From the NCBI RefSeq assembly GCF_004010195.1, contig NC_057753.1:3565514-3629513 (forward strand): a DNA stretch of 64,000 nucleotides. Direction: 5' to 3'. Both the position numbers and the translations under genes were made by a program. The notes under the pieces are model-generated. The model ran no database searches. It was not told where the DNA came from and worked only from the letters and a program-made list of their open reading frames with translations. Source of the DNA: Chiloscyllium plagiosum. Its lineage: Eukaryota. Of this stretch, positions 39,154 to 51,420 are shown one piece after another (positions within the stretch are counted from its first letter, which is position 1; each line of letters starts with the position of its first letter).

Positions 39154-39961
39154 GTATTAAAAAATCACACAACATCATCACGTCATTGTTCAACAGGTTT
39201 AATTGGAAGCACTAGCTTTCAGAGCGCCGCTTCTTCATCAGGTGGTTGTAGAGTACACAATTGTAAAACACAGAATTTATAGCAAATGTTTACAGTGTGA
39301 TGTCAATGAAATTATACATTGAAAAATACCTTGATTGTTCGTTAAGTCTCTCATCTGTTAGAATGACCATGATAGTTTCACTTCTTTCATATGTAAATCA
39401 CAAAACTTATTTTAAAAAAGTTACATTTTCAGGTTAACTGTAACAATTGATGTCAGCGCAGATAACATGTTGAGACGTTGAAGGAGTTAGCCCCCGTGTT
39501 CCCTGTCTGTGCCATAACGATCAGACTAATTCTCACCTTAAAAATGAGTTAACAGAGTCTTACATGAATTCATGCAGATTTTGAGCAAAGTACAATGTAA
39601 CTCTGCAAGTATAACTTCACCCCACAAACGCATATGTGTATGTATGCAACTGGGTTTGTGTGTGTGTCTGTCTGTCTGGCGTGGGGGTTCGTGAGTGTCT
39701 GTGAGCGACTCTATATATGTGCGTGTGAGTATAAAGTGTCTAAGTCTGTGAGAGGATGCATGTGTGATTGTGGGAGTGTGAGTGTCTGTAGGAGTGTGTG
39801 TAAGTGTCTGTAGGAGTGTGTGTGAGTGTCTGCGTGTGTGTGTGTCTGCGTGTGTGCATGTGTGCCTAGGAGTGTCTGTGTGTCTATAGTGCAATGGTGG
39901 TCACCTGTAGTGTGACATGAGACCAAGGTCCCGGTTGAGGCCCTCCCTATGGTTCCCATGG
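39154..39961 (-). mobile_element. 5'-truncated Penelope-like element (GIY-YIG C-terminus, 3' UTR, hammerhead-bearing terminus) in the intron of gene B
   Basis: Minus strand HREGLNRDLGLMSHYR* (stop at 39903-39901), a (CA)n-like tract, and a hammerhead motif at 39210-39244. Flanking gttctgt repeats (39147-39153 and 39962-39968). Absent from the paralogous intron near 50550. Confidence 0.8.
39635..39885. repeat. Imperfect (TG)n low-complexity tract
   Basis: Direct reading: gtgtgtgtctg...gtgtgtgcatgtgtg. Confidence 0.85.
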
Positions 39962-40850
39962 GTTCTGTATACACTGTTTCTGATGGTTCTAATGTGATGA
40001 CTGCTGATTAGGGATTTCCATATGATTCGAGAATCTAGCAATGTCTTAGACTGCTTTTATGTTTGTCGTTCTCCACATTACGAATGAATCCATAGACCTC
40101 CTGCAATGAATTGCATTTCATTGTTAAGGCTTAATTTCAAAAACGAAAATGAGAAAGAAATCATGATCTCCCGTGAAAATGCAGTGAAACACTGATGACT
40201 TTCTGCACTGAAGGAAGTTCTTTACATGAGTAAGTTTTCATCATCAGCCAGTTCCAATGGTTTACACTGACACCAAAAATCACAGGTGATTGTCACGTGA
40301 ACAGCTGTATTCTTGACTCCATCCCAGTATGTACTATATGAAGCTTTGAAGTTACTAATTGTCAGTTTGTTTCCAATTCAATATTCATCAATTTGAATGC
40401 CTAATTTTCCAAATATGAAAATAATTGGAATACTTGATTAAAACTTAACCACTTTTAATCGAAAAATTGGGCATTGTATGTGTTATTTCCAGTTTCCAAT
40501 CTTATCGTTGGTGTTTTGTAACTTACCTCCTTCAACATATTCGATGATTTTGCTTTGGTTCGTTACTGATACACTTGCAATAGATTAAATGTGCATTGAA
40601 GACTTATTCTTTCACTGGGATGGGTATCAACGATATGTTTTTTTTTCTTCGCTGCATCTTTAGTCTGGTTTCTACTCAATCTGAATTTCAATGTTTAATT
40701 CAAAAATTAATTATTCCTCAATTGAGAACTAATCTCCTAATTATGACTTTCTTCTCAAATCTTCAAATTTCTTAGAATATCCTGTAAAATTGGTCTATGA
40801 TCAGAAGTACAACTGCTCCTATTAATTTTCATTCTCCATCTTTCCTACAG

Positions 40851-41761
40851 CTAATCTGGCAGTGGTTGCAATCCTGTCTCAAAGAACCTGTGGACTCTCT
40901 CGATGCATCACTTACTATTTGGTGGCAATGGCAGTAACAGATCTCCTCGTCATGGTCACAGCTGTAATTTTAAATCGGATTGTTGGGATTTATTTCCCAT
41001 CCAGTTTCCTTTCGATCACACCAGTGTGCAGTTTTCGTGCTGCATTAAATATGGCAGTTATTGACAACTCCGCCTGGTTAACCGTTGTATTTACCTTTGA
41101 TCGATTTGTGGCTATATCTTGCCAGAACCTGAAACTAAAATATTGCACTAAGAAGGTGGCAGCGTGGGTGATAGGAGTAGTGTCCACCCTCTGCTGCATG
41201 AAAAACAGTTTCTTATATTTTGAATTTGAACCTAGGTACGTAATTAACAATATACCCTGGTTTTGTAGCATAAAGGATATATATTATACATCACCTGCCT
41301 GGGCTGCATATGACTGGATCCGTTCTATTTTAAATCCGTGTCTCCCTTTCATTCTAATTTTACTACTAAACGTGCTGACCATCAGACGCATTATCTTGGC
41401 TAATAGAGCCCGTAGAAGACTCCAGCTTCAGAACAATGGAGAGAATCACTGTGACCCAGAGATGGAAAAGCGGAAAAAGTCCATTATTTTACTCTTTGCC
41501 ATCTCTGGCAGTTTCATTCTGTTGTATTTGTTATTTTTCCTGAATATTCTTTATGTTCGTGCTGCGAATATTACTTACTCCTCAGGATCCACTTTGCGTA
41601 ATTCTACATTTTACTTGGAACAAACCGGATATATGCTCCAGTTACTAAGCTCCTGCATCAACCCATTTATTTATGCTGTGACGCAGAGCAAAATTAGAGA
41701 CGAGTTAAAGCATGGAGTGAGATTTGCTTTGAACGCCTTCATTAAAATATTCAAATATTGA
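40851..41761 (+). CDS. GPR139/GPR142-like class A GPCR gene B, exon 2
   Basis: Acceptor tttcctacAG|CT at 40849-40850; 911-nt exon. YYLVAMAVTDLL, PVCS, TFDRFVAI, PWFC, PCLPFILILLLN, SCINPFIYA. Spliced product 326 aa. Confidence 0.95.
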
Positions 41762-41962
41762 TAGGGAGTAATCAAGAATCTTTTGCATAATACAAGGCAA
41801 TTTTTTTCAGACACATAGTATCACGTAAGCATGTAATCAGTCATTGCTTGAGGAGTGAATTTAGAAATGGGCAAAGAATGCTGTATGACGACAAAAGTCA
41901 GTATGGTAACTTGCAGTAAATTTTCTATTTTCTTGTACCTACGTATTCAGAGTTACAGCAAA

Positions 41963-42300
41963 GCGACGCTGTGGCTCAGTATTGAGCACTGCTGCCTCAC
42001 AGCGCCAGGGCCCTGGGTTTAGCTTCAACCTCAGACCGCTGGAAGTGTAGAGATCACATGTTCTCCCTGTGTCTTCGTGGGTTCTTGTCAGGTACTCCAG
42101 TTTCCTCGCATGGTTCAAGGATGTGCATTTTAGGTGGATTGGCCATGCTAAATTACCCATAGTGCTCAGAGTGGTTCAGGTGGGGTGCAATAGCCATGGG
42201 AAATGCAGGGGTAGGGGAGTGGATATGGGTGAAATACTCTGCAGATGGTCCGTGTGCGCCTGTTGAGCCAAATAGAAAGTTCCACATTTTCAGGATTCAA
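41963..42300 (+). mobile_element. Degenerate HE1-like V-SINE
   Basis: gtggctcagtattgagcactgctgcctcacagcgccaggg head and ggattggccatgctaaatt body. Confidence 0.8.
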
Positions 42301-45039
42301 TAATTTATTCAGAACACTGATGGCAAGAGTTGTATTCATCATGTAAGTAAGTCAGGAAGGATTACTTGAAATTATTGTCGCATATTTGTTCCCATTATGT
42401 GACTATTCCTCAACTCTAATGCCTTTCTGAGATCAGAGACGTGGGTTCAATTCTGGCCATCTAGGCTTCGCCTTTGTCCACGTCTACACAGGTCCTCTAC
42501 CACAGTAGCTATGCCTTCAGTTTTTGAGGACTCACAAAACCTGCTACCGCTGCGACACTGAATACCACCCGATATTGCCATTGCATTTCAAATGATAGAC
42601 ACAGTAGCCTTCACTGATCAGCTGATCAAACATGACTGAGGTAGAAACATAGAATATAGAGAAGAAGTAGACCAATCTGTCCATCGAGGCTACTGCGCCA
42701 TTTCGTATCCTTATAGATAAACATGTAAATCATTACCCTGTCCCCTCCTTTCACCACATACCCTTGATCCCTTTAGCCAAAGTAATTCTACCTGACTCCT
42801 TCTTGAAAACATTCAACATTTTTGGCGATAACTGGCAATGAATTTCATAAGGTCATCCAACTCTCCAGGTAACATAATTTCTCCTTATCTGAGACTGAAC
42901 CTATATATTCTGTATCCTTGATTGGTGACAGTCTTTCTGGGTTCGCCATTAAAAACATTCTGTCGAATTTTCTGTGTCTATTCCTGCTAGAATTTTATAG
43001 GTATCTATAAGGTATCACCCTCCCTACTCAATTTTACCACACTCCACGTATGATAGTTGTAATCCGTCCAATCTGTCTTCGTACGGCAGTCCTGCCAGCT
43101 AGAAATCGATTTGCTAAGCTCCCTCTTTAGCCAGAACATCCTTCCTTAGATAAGGAGATCAAACCTGCACACAGTAGTTCGGGTGTGGTGTCATCTAGGC
43201 GCAGTACCTTTGCAGCAAGCTATCTCCGTTCCAACAGTCACATTCTGTCACTATAAACGCCACCACAAAACCTTTTCTCATCGCATCTGCATGATTACAT
43301 TCAGCGATTCGAAACAGTACTTCTTTTCGAGAAAGAAGTTGAGGTGATTAAATTATAACAACCAAAATCAGGCGTCTATTTCCTGTAATTGGGATATTTT
43401 ACTTACTTCCCAAATCTGACTTTGATTCTCCAAACTGAACTTAGAATATGTATCCAAATGAGATTTCACTTTGAGTAAAATTTCAGTCAGTAATTCCCTC
43501 GGCTTTGGTCACTTTCTTTTGCAGCTTCTCTCTGCTGGATTCCGCCAGTGTTGCATTTGTCCACAAGGACTCACTATCTCGCGAAATGCATGAATGTTCT
43601 CGGAGGTTTCCTGAGTGGAATGTACTCCCCTGAGCTTGTGCTCAATGTTTGGGGAGACTTGACCCGGGGTGGAGGATCTTGCATTTCAGATATCGGCAGG
43701 AAGGCGCTGTTTGAAGCCTAATCACCAGTTCCTGCAGGCACTGGTGTTTGCAGAACATGGCATAAAATCCTGCTCCTTGTCCCTGTCTCATTCAGGTGGA
43801 ATTGAAGAAGAAAAAACCATAGATGTGTTTGGTTAAACTGAATCTCTTCATAAATTTTTATATAAGTGTATATTCTGTCTAATTGTCTGATTATTTCTAT
43901 GGAAACATTCATGCAATAAAATTGCTTGTTGGTGTCATTCCGAATAACAATGAAGCTAACACCAGTGAAATAATCTTGCAGCCAGAAGTCCTAGTTGACT
44001 ATTTAAAAATCTGTCACAATGAATGCTGATGTGGAAAAAGCAACAGGTTTATGGACCCTGGGAGCTCCGAACAAACAATCTTTCAGTTAACAGCCAGATG
44101 AGTTGACCAATTAAGACAATGATTAAGGCAAAATAGCTTGCAACATCCTCTAAAGTAGTGTGATTCCCTGTTAATGCTACTTGCTGCTCTTTGGAAAGGC
44201 ATCTGCCATCGATCAATTTTAACTTCTAAAGAAAAGGCTCGAGCATTCATTCTGAAAATATTGGAGCAGTCCAATCCCGTTTACTGCAGACACATTCTTG
44301 ACTCCAGCTGTTCAGTATCTCCCACACCGAGGTAGGAAAATTTCGAGGCTTTCACTTGCGTTTCTGCTTCCAAATTCTGAATATTTAAAGCTGAGATAAA
44401 GTTTAAAATGTTATGAGCAGGAATGAGAATTCTTTCATTGTTTCAGATCAGCTAATGTCACCAAGAACATCAGAATCAATAATTCAGTGTCTTAAAGGAA
44501 CTAAAGGTTCGTTGACTGTTTGTGTATATTAGCACAGCTGTTCTCTGTTTCAGATTCCCGGAGAGTTTCGAAAGATTCACAATAAGCAGACTGGAAATCT
44601 TGAATAAGGAGTAGGTCTCGGCCCTGTCTTCCTTGGAACGTACTCTTCCATCCAACAAGATCATAATGAGTGATGCATCAAAACACACAAGAGTGGGAAT
44701 TTTTGTATCAGTAGTAAGGCCACAAGATATGGAAACGAAAAGATAGACAATGCAAAGGTGCAAGGGCAAACAATTAGACAAAAGAAAATCACAGAGTTCT
44801 GTATTAAAACGGTGTACAGCACGGTGTACTTAGCCTGGCAAAGAGGTAACAGATGTGATCTAAGTAGTGTTGAAAAAGTTAATCTTCCAAATATTCCAGG
44901 CAAAAAACAAAAACAGACTTAGCTCCAAATTGGGTTCATTCTGCAGGCTTTGTTTATTTCATGATTTTCGAAATACTCGATGGCATTTTTTAAAAAAGGA
45001 CTGTCAAATCAAATAATTCCTGATTGACACCATTAACTT

Positions 45040-45580
45040 ATAGAACATAGAACATAGAAAAGTACAGCACAGAACAGGCCCTTAGACCCACGATGTTGTG
45101 CCGAGACGTAATCCTAATGTAAAATATAGTAACTTAACGTACGCACCCCTCAACTCACTGCTATCCATGTGCATGTCCAGCAGTCGCTAAAATGTTCCCA
45201 ATGACTTCACTTCCACCACCTCAGCTGGCAACGCATTCCATGATTCACAACTCCCTGCATAAAGAACCTACCTCTGATGTCTCCATTATACCTTCCACCT
45301 AATATTTTCAAACTACGACTTCTGGTACCAGTCGATCCTGCCCTGGGGAAAAGTCTCTGGCTATTGACTCTATGTATTCCTCTCATTATTTTGAACACCT
45401 CGATCAGGTCTCCTCTCTTCCCCCTTCTCCCCAGAGAGAAAAGTCCGAGCTTATTCAACCTTTCTTCATAAGGCAAGCCCTCCAGTCCAGGCAACATCCT
45501 GGTAAAACTTCTTTGCACCCTCTTCAAAGCCTTCACAGCTTTCCTATAGTTGTGACCAGAACTGGACGCAATATTCCAAT
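45040..45580 (-). mobile_element. CR1 3' fragment (same subfamily as the 29212 copy)
   Basis: MKALKRVQRSFTRMLPGLEGLPYEERLNKLGLFSL..RGDLIEVFKIMRG; (atagaac)n tail. Confidence 0.9.
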
Positions 45581-46039
45581 ATTCATGTCAGTGGAAATCC
45601 ATTGGTTATATCCACAGTTGCAATTACATTTTTCAAGATCATTTCCTTCAATCGTCGTTTAATGACATAATCATTTATTGTGTTTTCACTGTTACAACTT
45701 CCACTGTTCGACATAGTTGTTAAAGTCACGTCTTTACAGCTGTTTTCCTACAACTTCAACAACTATTCCTCCCACCAGTCAGAGAATCTGGGTGACTTGC
45801 TACTTGAGTTTTTTATATTCATGATGAAAACATAAATTTAGGAGACTTAATCTGTACTTTCTAAAATGACACTAAAATTATGCCAGGAGAAAAGCAATGA
45901 GGAGGAATGTCTTGGAACACGGGCCAATATCAAAGGCCTGGACTGGTAAGTCGATCACTGTCAAATAGAATTTCATCTCGGAAAATAGGAACTGATGCAT
46001 TTTGGGAGGACTACGAAATCGAGTACAAGTTGAATGATT

Positions 46040-46545
46040 TAATTTGATTTGATTTATTGTTGTCACATGTACTGAGATGCAGTGAAAAGTATTGTTTCAC
46101 ATGCAACACAGATAGATCATGCCATACAAGATCATAGCGTATTAGAAAAGAGCAAAATATACTGATTTGCAGTTGTAAAGAAGATGCACAAAAAAACCTA
46201 AAATTAACAGTTGGTTTGAAATTTGAGAGGTACATTCGCAAATCTAGTAACAGTCGGGAAGAAGCTGTTCTTCAACGAGTTGGTACGTGTGTTTAAGCTT
46301 TTCTATCTTCAACCTGAAGAAAGAGTTTGGAACATATAATAAAACGGGGTGGAAGTGGTTTATATTGATGTTGGCTGCGTTTACAAGACAGTGAGTAGTA
46401 TAGGTGAAGTCAATGGATGGATTCTTGTCTATGTGAGGGACAGTGCTGTTTTCACAATATTCTGTAGTTTATTCTCATCCTGGACAGACCAGTCGCCGTA
46501 CCAAGCTGTGATGAATCCAGATTGAATGCTTTCTACGGTGAATGC
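46040..46545 (-). mobile_element. Rex1/Babar-like LINE 3' fragment
   Basis: Minus strand TVESIQSGFITAWYGDWSVQDENKLQNIVKTA, resembling the Rex1 ESILxxCITAWYGNC motif; (aaatc)n tail at about 46040. Confidence 0.65.
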
Positions 46546-46551
46546 ATAAAA

Positions 46552-47360
46552 TTTGGCCATTATTAGTAGCGTGAATATAAACCGGACTGCTGGTATTTAT
46601 CTCTCATTCAGCTTCTTATTCTTCACAACGATATGCATTCTCCGCGTTGTCCTCAGTTTTTCAGTAATAGATTGTTCTGCCTGGTTAACGGTCGCTTTCA
46701 CCTTTAATCGATTTGTGGCCCTTTGTTGCCAGAAGCTGAAACTAAAATACTGTACAGAAGTAACAACAAAGTGGGTTATAGTCTGCACACTGAGTTGTTT
46801 TGAAAATGCGATTTTATATTTTATATTTGAATCGCTGTACACAGTTAATAACGTACCCTGGTTCTGTGTTACAATATTAGCATTTAGTACCTCACAGGCC
46901 TAGGCCGCATATCATTTGATTCATTCCACTCTCGCACCCTATCTTCAATTCATTCTGATTTTACTGCTCAATGCTCTGACAGTCAGACACATTTTAGTGA
47001 CCAATCGAGCCTGCCGGAGACTCCTAATCCTGAACAATGGAGAGGATCATTGTGATCCAGAGATGAAGAATCGGAAAAAGTCCGTTATCTTACTCTTTGG
47101 CATTTCCGGTAGTTTTCTTCTGCGTTATTAGGTATTTTTGTAACCGTGCTTTATGGCCGAATTGCAGAAGTTACTTATTACTCAGCTTCTGACTATAGTA
47201 AGTTATCCAACATCCTGGGAGAATCCGGGTACATGCTTCAGTTTCTTAGTTCCTGCATCAATCCCTTTATTTATGCGGGGACCCAGAATAATTCAGGGAC
47301 GTGTTAAAGAACGGGTTAAAACATCCGTGGAGATTGCTAGTAAAACTTTTAAAGAGTTGA
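46552..47360 (+). pseudogene. GPR139-like GPCR pseudogene (psi2, paralog of gene C), 5'-truncated
   Basis: Aligns to 61660-62476. DRF>NRF, W>TAG at 46901-46903, TAG at 47129-47131, 1-nt deletion near 47290. The start of exon 2 is missing and abuts the Rex1-like fragment. Confidence 0.93.
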
Positions 47361-48286
47361 CGCTGCAGGCACATTATCTCAAAGCTTCCCATCGTTTACC
47401 CTCATTCACATATGCAGCCAAGTGCCACCAAACCGTTTTTCAGCTCAACCTCTTTCTCCGTACTCGGTTGTCTAATTTGGCCAGAAATACACCTCGTGCT
47501 GCCCCTGGGAAGAAAACAAAATCTTCTAAGACCCCGCCAAGTTCGAATTATTTGTGAGTTCAGTAGCCGCCTTTCTTCTGCCTTCTGCAAAATCTCATTT
47601 GTCTATATCTCTTACTGTGCACACAGTTATTTATGCCTTCCAAGGTAAAGCTGGCTGGTTATGCAATATATCAGCAGCCCCAACTCAACTTCATCAGACA
47701 CAGGAACTCGCTGTGATCTCTTCGTTTGCCTGGAGAGCACTTACTTAAACATGTTTTACAACAGTGAGTTCCATATTGAAGCGCTATGCTCACGCAAACG
47801 TCTTTGGAACTGAACATCAGGATTTGCTGAGGAATAAAAACGCACCAAAATACTTGATCACCACGAACTCTATTGGTAACAAAAGATTGATAATTCTGGT
47901 GTCAATGTAATTATGTCCTACTTTTGTGCTGCTCAGTGATCCAAGTTGGTAATTGAATAGAAAACAATAAGATGTTTAGCAATGTGAAGATTAATATTCC
48001 ATATTAATATGCAGCCCTAAAATGCTATTTCATATTTGCTGCTAATAATTTTCTTCTAAATCTACATTAATTTACAGAAAGTTATAGTTGAATCGTTTAT
48101 ATTTGGTTTCACATGCAATGGTAGATGGCGGGCATTTCAATTTAAATTCAAAATTTAACCCAAGTTACATCAGAATGAAATATCAGTTTGACAAAGTAAA
48201 GTATTTCACTTATCAAAACTATTGATAAAATCGTCACAGTACAACATCGTTCACGGAGTTTTGAGCAGTCCAGCAGAGTGGGATCA

Positions 48287-51200
48287 TGTTAAAGGCAATA
48301 ATAGTAGTAATGAGATACAATGGTAATCCAATTCATTTATTGTATTGGCAACAATTTATTAGTTAAATTACCGAGCAATTAACATCTGTAAACCAGATCC
48401 ATTGAGGCACTGATACTTATTCAACTGAATTTTCATTTCATCATTACAATTTAGCATTTCTTTCCACCATCGTTCGAGTGTACATATAGACTTATTGTAC
48501 AATTTTCTTTGAAAGTTGCCAGTAATACGTATGAATGTATTATTGCTTGAGTAATTTGAACTATTGAACATTTCCCATCTGCACTTAATGACTGATTTCA
48601 TTTTTGAGGAATACTTTGTTTTCGAAATGTTCAAAGGTAAATGTTCAAGTGTTCAACCATAGACTGGGACTGCCATCGTGTTAAAGGTTTGGTTGGAAAG
48701 GAATTTGTTAAGTGCGTACCAGAAAATTTTCTGATTCAGTATGTGGATGTACCGACCAGACAAGATGCAAAATCTGACCTACTGTTGGGAAATAAGGCAG
48801 GGCAGGTGACTGAGGTGTCAGTGGGGGAGCACTTTGGGGCCAGCGAACATAATCCTATTAGATTTAAAATAGTGATGGAAAAGAATAGACCAGATCTAAA
48901 AGTTGAAGTTCTAAATTGGAGAAAGGCCAGTTTTGACGGTATTAGGCAAGAACTTTCGAAAGCTGATTTGAGCTAGACGTTCGCACATAAAGGTATTGCT
49001 GGAAAATTGGAAGCCTTCAGAAATGAGATGACGAGAATCCAGAATAGGTATATTCCTGTCAGGGTGAAAGGAAAGTCTGGTAGGTATAGTTAATGCTGGA
49101 TGACTAAAGAAATTGAGGGTTTGTGCGTGGGAAATCATGTCTCACAAACTTGATTGAGAGTTTTGAGGAAGTAACAAAGAGAATTGATGAGGGCAGAGCG
49201 GTAGATGTGATCTATATAGACTTCACTAAGGCGTTCGGCAAGGTTCCCCATGGGCGACTGATTAGAAAGGTTCGATCTCATGAAATACAGGGAGAACTTG
49301 CCATTTGGATATAGAACTGGCTCAAAGGTAAAAGACAGAGGTTGGCAGTGGAGGATTGTTTTTCAAACTGGAGGCCTGTGAAGAGTAGAATGCCACAAGG
49401 ATCGGTGCTGCGACCTTTACCTTTTGTCATTTGCATAAATGATTTGGATGCGAGCATACAAAGTACAGTCAGTAAGTTTTCAGATGACACCAAAATTGGA
49501 GATGTAGTGGACAGCGAAGAGGGTCACCGCAGATTGCAACAGGATCTTGACCAGATGGACCAATGGGCTGAGAAGTGGCAGATGGAGTTTAATTCAGATA
49601 AATGCGAGGTACTGCGTTATGGGAAGGCAAATCTTAGTAGGACTTATACACTTAATGGTAAGGTCGTAGGCAGTGTTGCTGAACAAAGACACCTTGAAGT
49701 ATAGGTTCATAGCCCCTTGAATGTGGAGTCGGAGGTAGATAGAATAGTGAAGAAGGCGTTTGGTATGCTTTCTTTTATTGGTCAGAGTATTGAGTACAGG
49801 AGTTGGGAGGTTATGTTGGAGCTGCCCAGGACATTGGTTAGGCCATTGTTGGAATATTGCTTGCAATTCTGATCTCTTTCCTATCGGAAAGTTGTGAAAC
49901 TTGAAAGCGTTCAGAAAAGATTTACAAGGCTGTTGCCAGTGTTGGAAGATTTGAGCTATAGGGAGACGCTGAACAGGCTGGGGCTGTTTCTCTGGAGCGT
50001 CGAAGGCTGAGGGGTGACCTTATAGATGTTTACAAAATTATGACTGTCATGGATAGGGTAAGTAGGCAAAGTCTTTTCCCTGGGGTCGAGGAGTCCAGAA
50101 TTAGAGGTTATAGGTTTAGTGTAAGAGGAGAAAGATATAAAAGAGACCTAAGGTGCAGCTTTTTCACACAGAGGGCGGTGCGTGTGTGGAATGAGCTGCC
50201 AGAGGAAGTGGTGGAGGCTGGTAAAATTGCAACATTTAAGAGGCATCTGGATGGGTATATGAATAGCAAGGGTTTTGGAGGGATATGGGCCGGGTGCTGG
50301 CAGGTGGGACTAGATTGGGTTGGGATATCTGGTCGGCATGGATGGGTTGGGCCGAAGGGCCTGTTTCCGTGCTGTACATCTCTATGACTATGACATCATA
50401 TTACCCCATTATTTCTCAATAATGACTCTATGGCTCTATGACTCAAAAATAACAATATTCTCTTTGTCCTTGAAGTGATTATTCGAATTTGCCACCAATT
50501 CACAGAACACTGTCGTTTTTCTTACAGTCATTGCTGCTTGCACTCTCATTCTACATTGATTGTTCCTGATGGCTCTGATACGATGATTGCTGATGTGGGA
50601 TTTCCACCTGACTCCAAAACTGGCACTGTCTTAAACGGTTTCTAGTTTTGTTGTTCTCCCAATATTAAATGAATCTCTGCACATATTGGCATCTGTTTAT
50701 TTCATTTCAAAGGTGTAATTTTGCAAGTGCAAATGAGAAAAAAAGCATTACTTACCCTGACAGTGCAATGAACCACTGATGAAATGCTACACTGCATGAA
50801 GGTCTTTCTCTGAACAAATTCTCATCACCAGACAGCTCCAATGGTTTATATCGACAGCAGAAATGACAGGTGATTCTCACATGATCAGTTCTGTCATTGA
50901 ATCCATCCCAAAATTAACTTCGTGAAGTTGGTGAGTTGCATCTTGCCAGTTTGTTTCCAATGTAATATTCAAAAGTTGAATGTCTGCTTTTCCTGCAGTG
51001 AAAACAATTACATGGCTTCATTGAAACAGCCACTTTTGATCCAAAATTAGACTTATCGAAAATTGATCCAAAATTAGTCAGGAGGATTGTTTGAAATTAT
51101 TATTATGCATTTGTTCCTATTTGGAGACTGTTGCAAACAACTACAGCCATTGTTGCCCATTCCTAATTTCTTTCACCAATCAGAAACATGGTCACAATTC

Positions 51201-51420
51201 CGGCCATCAATACCACGCCATTGTCCAAAACTAAGCAACTTGTTGAAGCTATGTCAAATATTCACAGAATTCCAAAATAACAGGTGTACCTTCAGTCCTG
51301 TGTATGAGTCAAGAGCCCTGCCATCATTCTGACACTGTGCATTGCTGATATCGCCATTGCATTTCAAATAATAGTCACAGTAATCCTACACTGCCCTTGT
51401 CAGCTGCTCAACTATTGCCT
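48287..51420 (+). pseudogene. Exon-less 'ghost' copy of a gene B-type locus (intron and 3' flank only)
   Basis: 48287-48637 matches 38706-39055. 50470-51050 matches 39060-39150 plus 39965-40470. 51075-51420 matches 42350-42640. No coding exon remains. Confidence 0.75.
48638..50395 (+). mobile_element. CR1 LINE, 5'-truncated with an internal deletion
   Basis: QYVDVPTR..DLLLGNKAGQV; RGKSCLTNLIE; PQGSVL..SKFSDDTKIG; 3' tail gggccgaagggcctgtttccgtgctg, (tatgac)n. Abrupt EIEGL-to-VRGKSCL junction near 49120. Confidence 0.92.

Noticed and set aside
39538..39974. His/Thr-rich ORFs
   Set aside because: Translation of a (CA)n-like tract inside the Penelope 3' region.
40851..41761. Assigning the symbol GPR139 (or GPR142) to these genes
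   Set aside because: Several paralogs with different TM6/TM7 motifs. Family resemblance only; orthology cannot be shown from this window.
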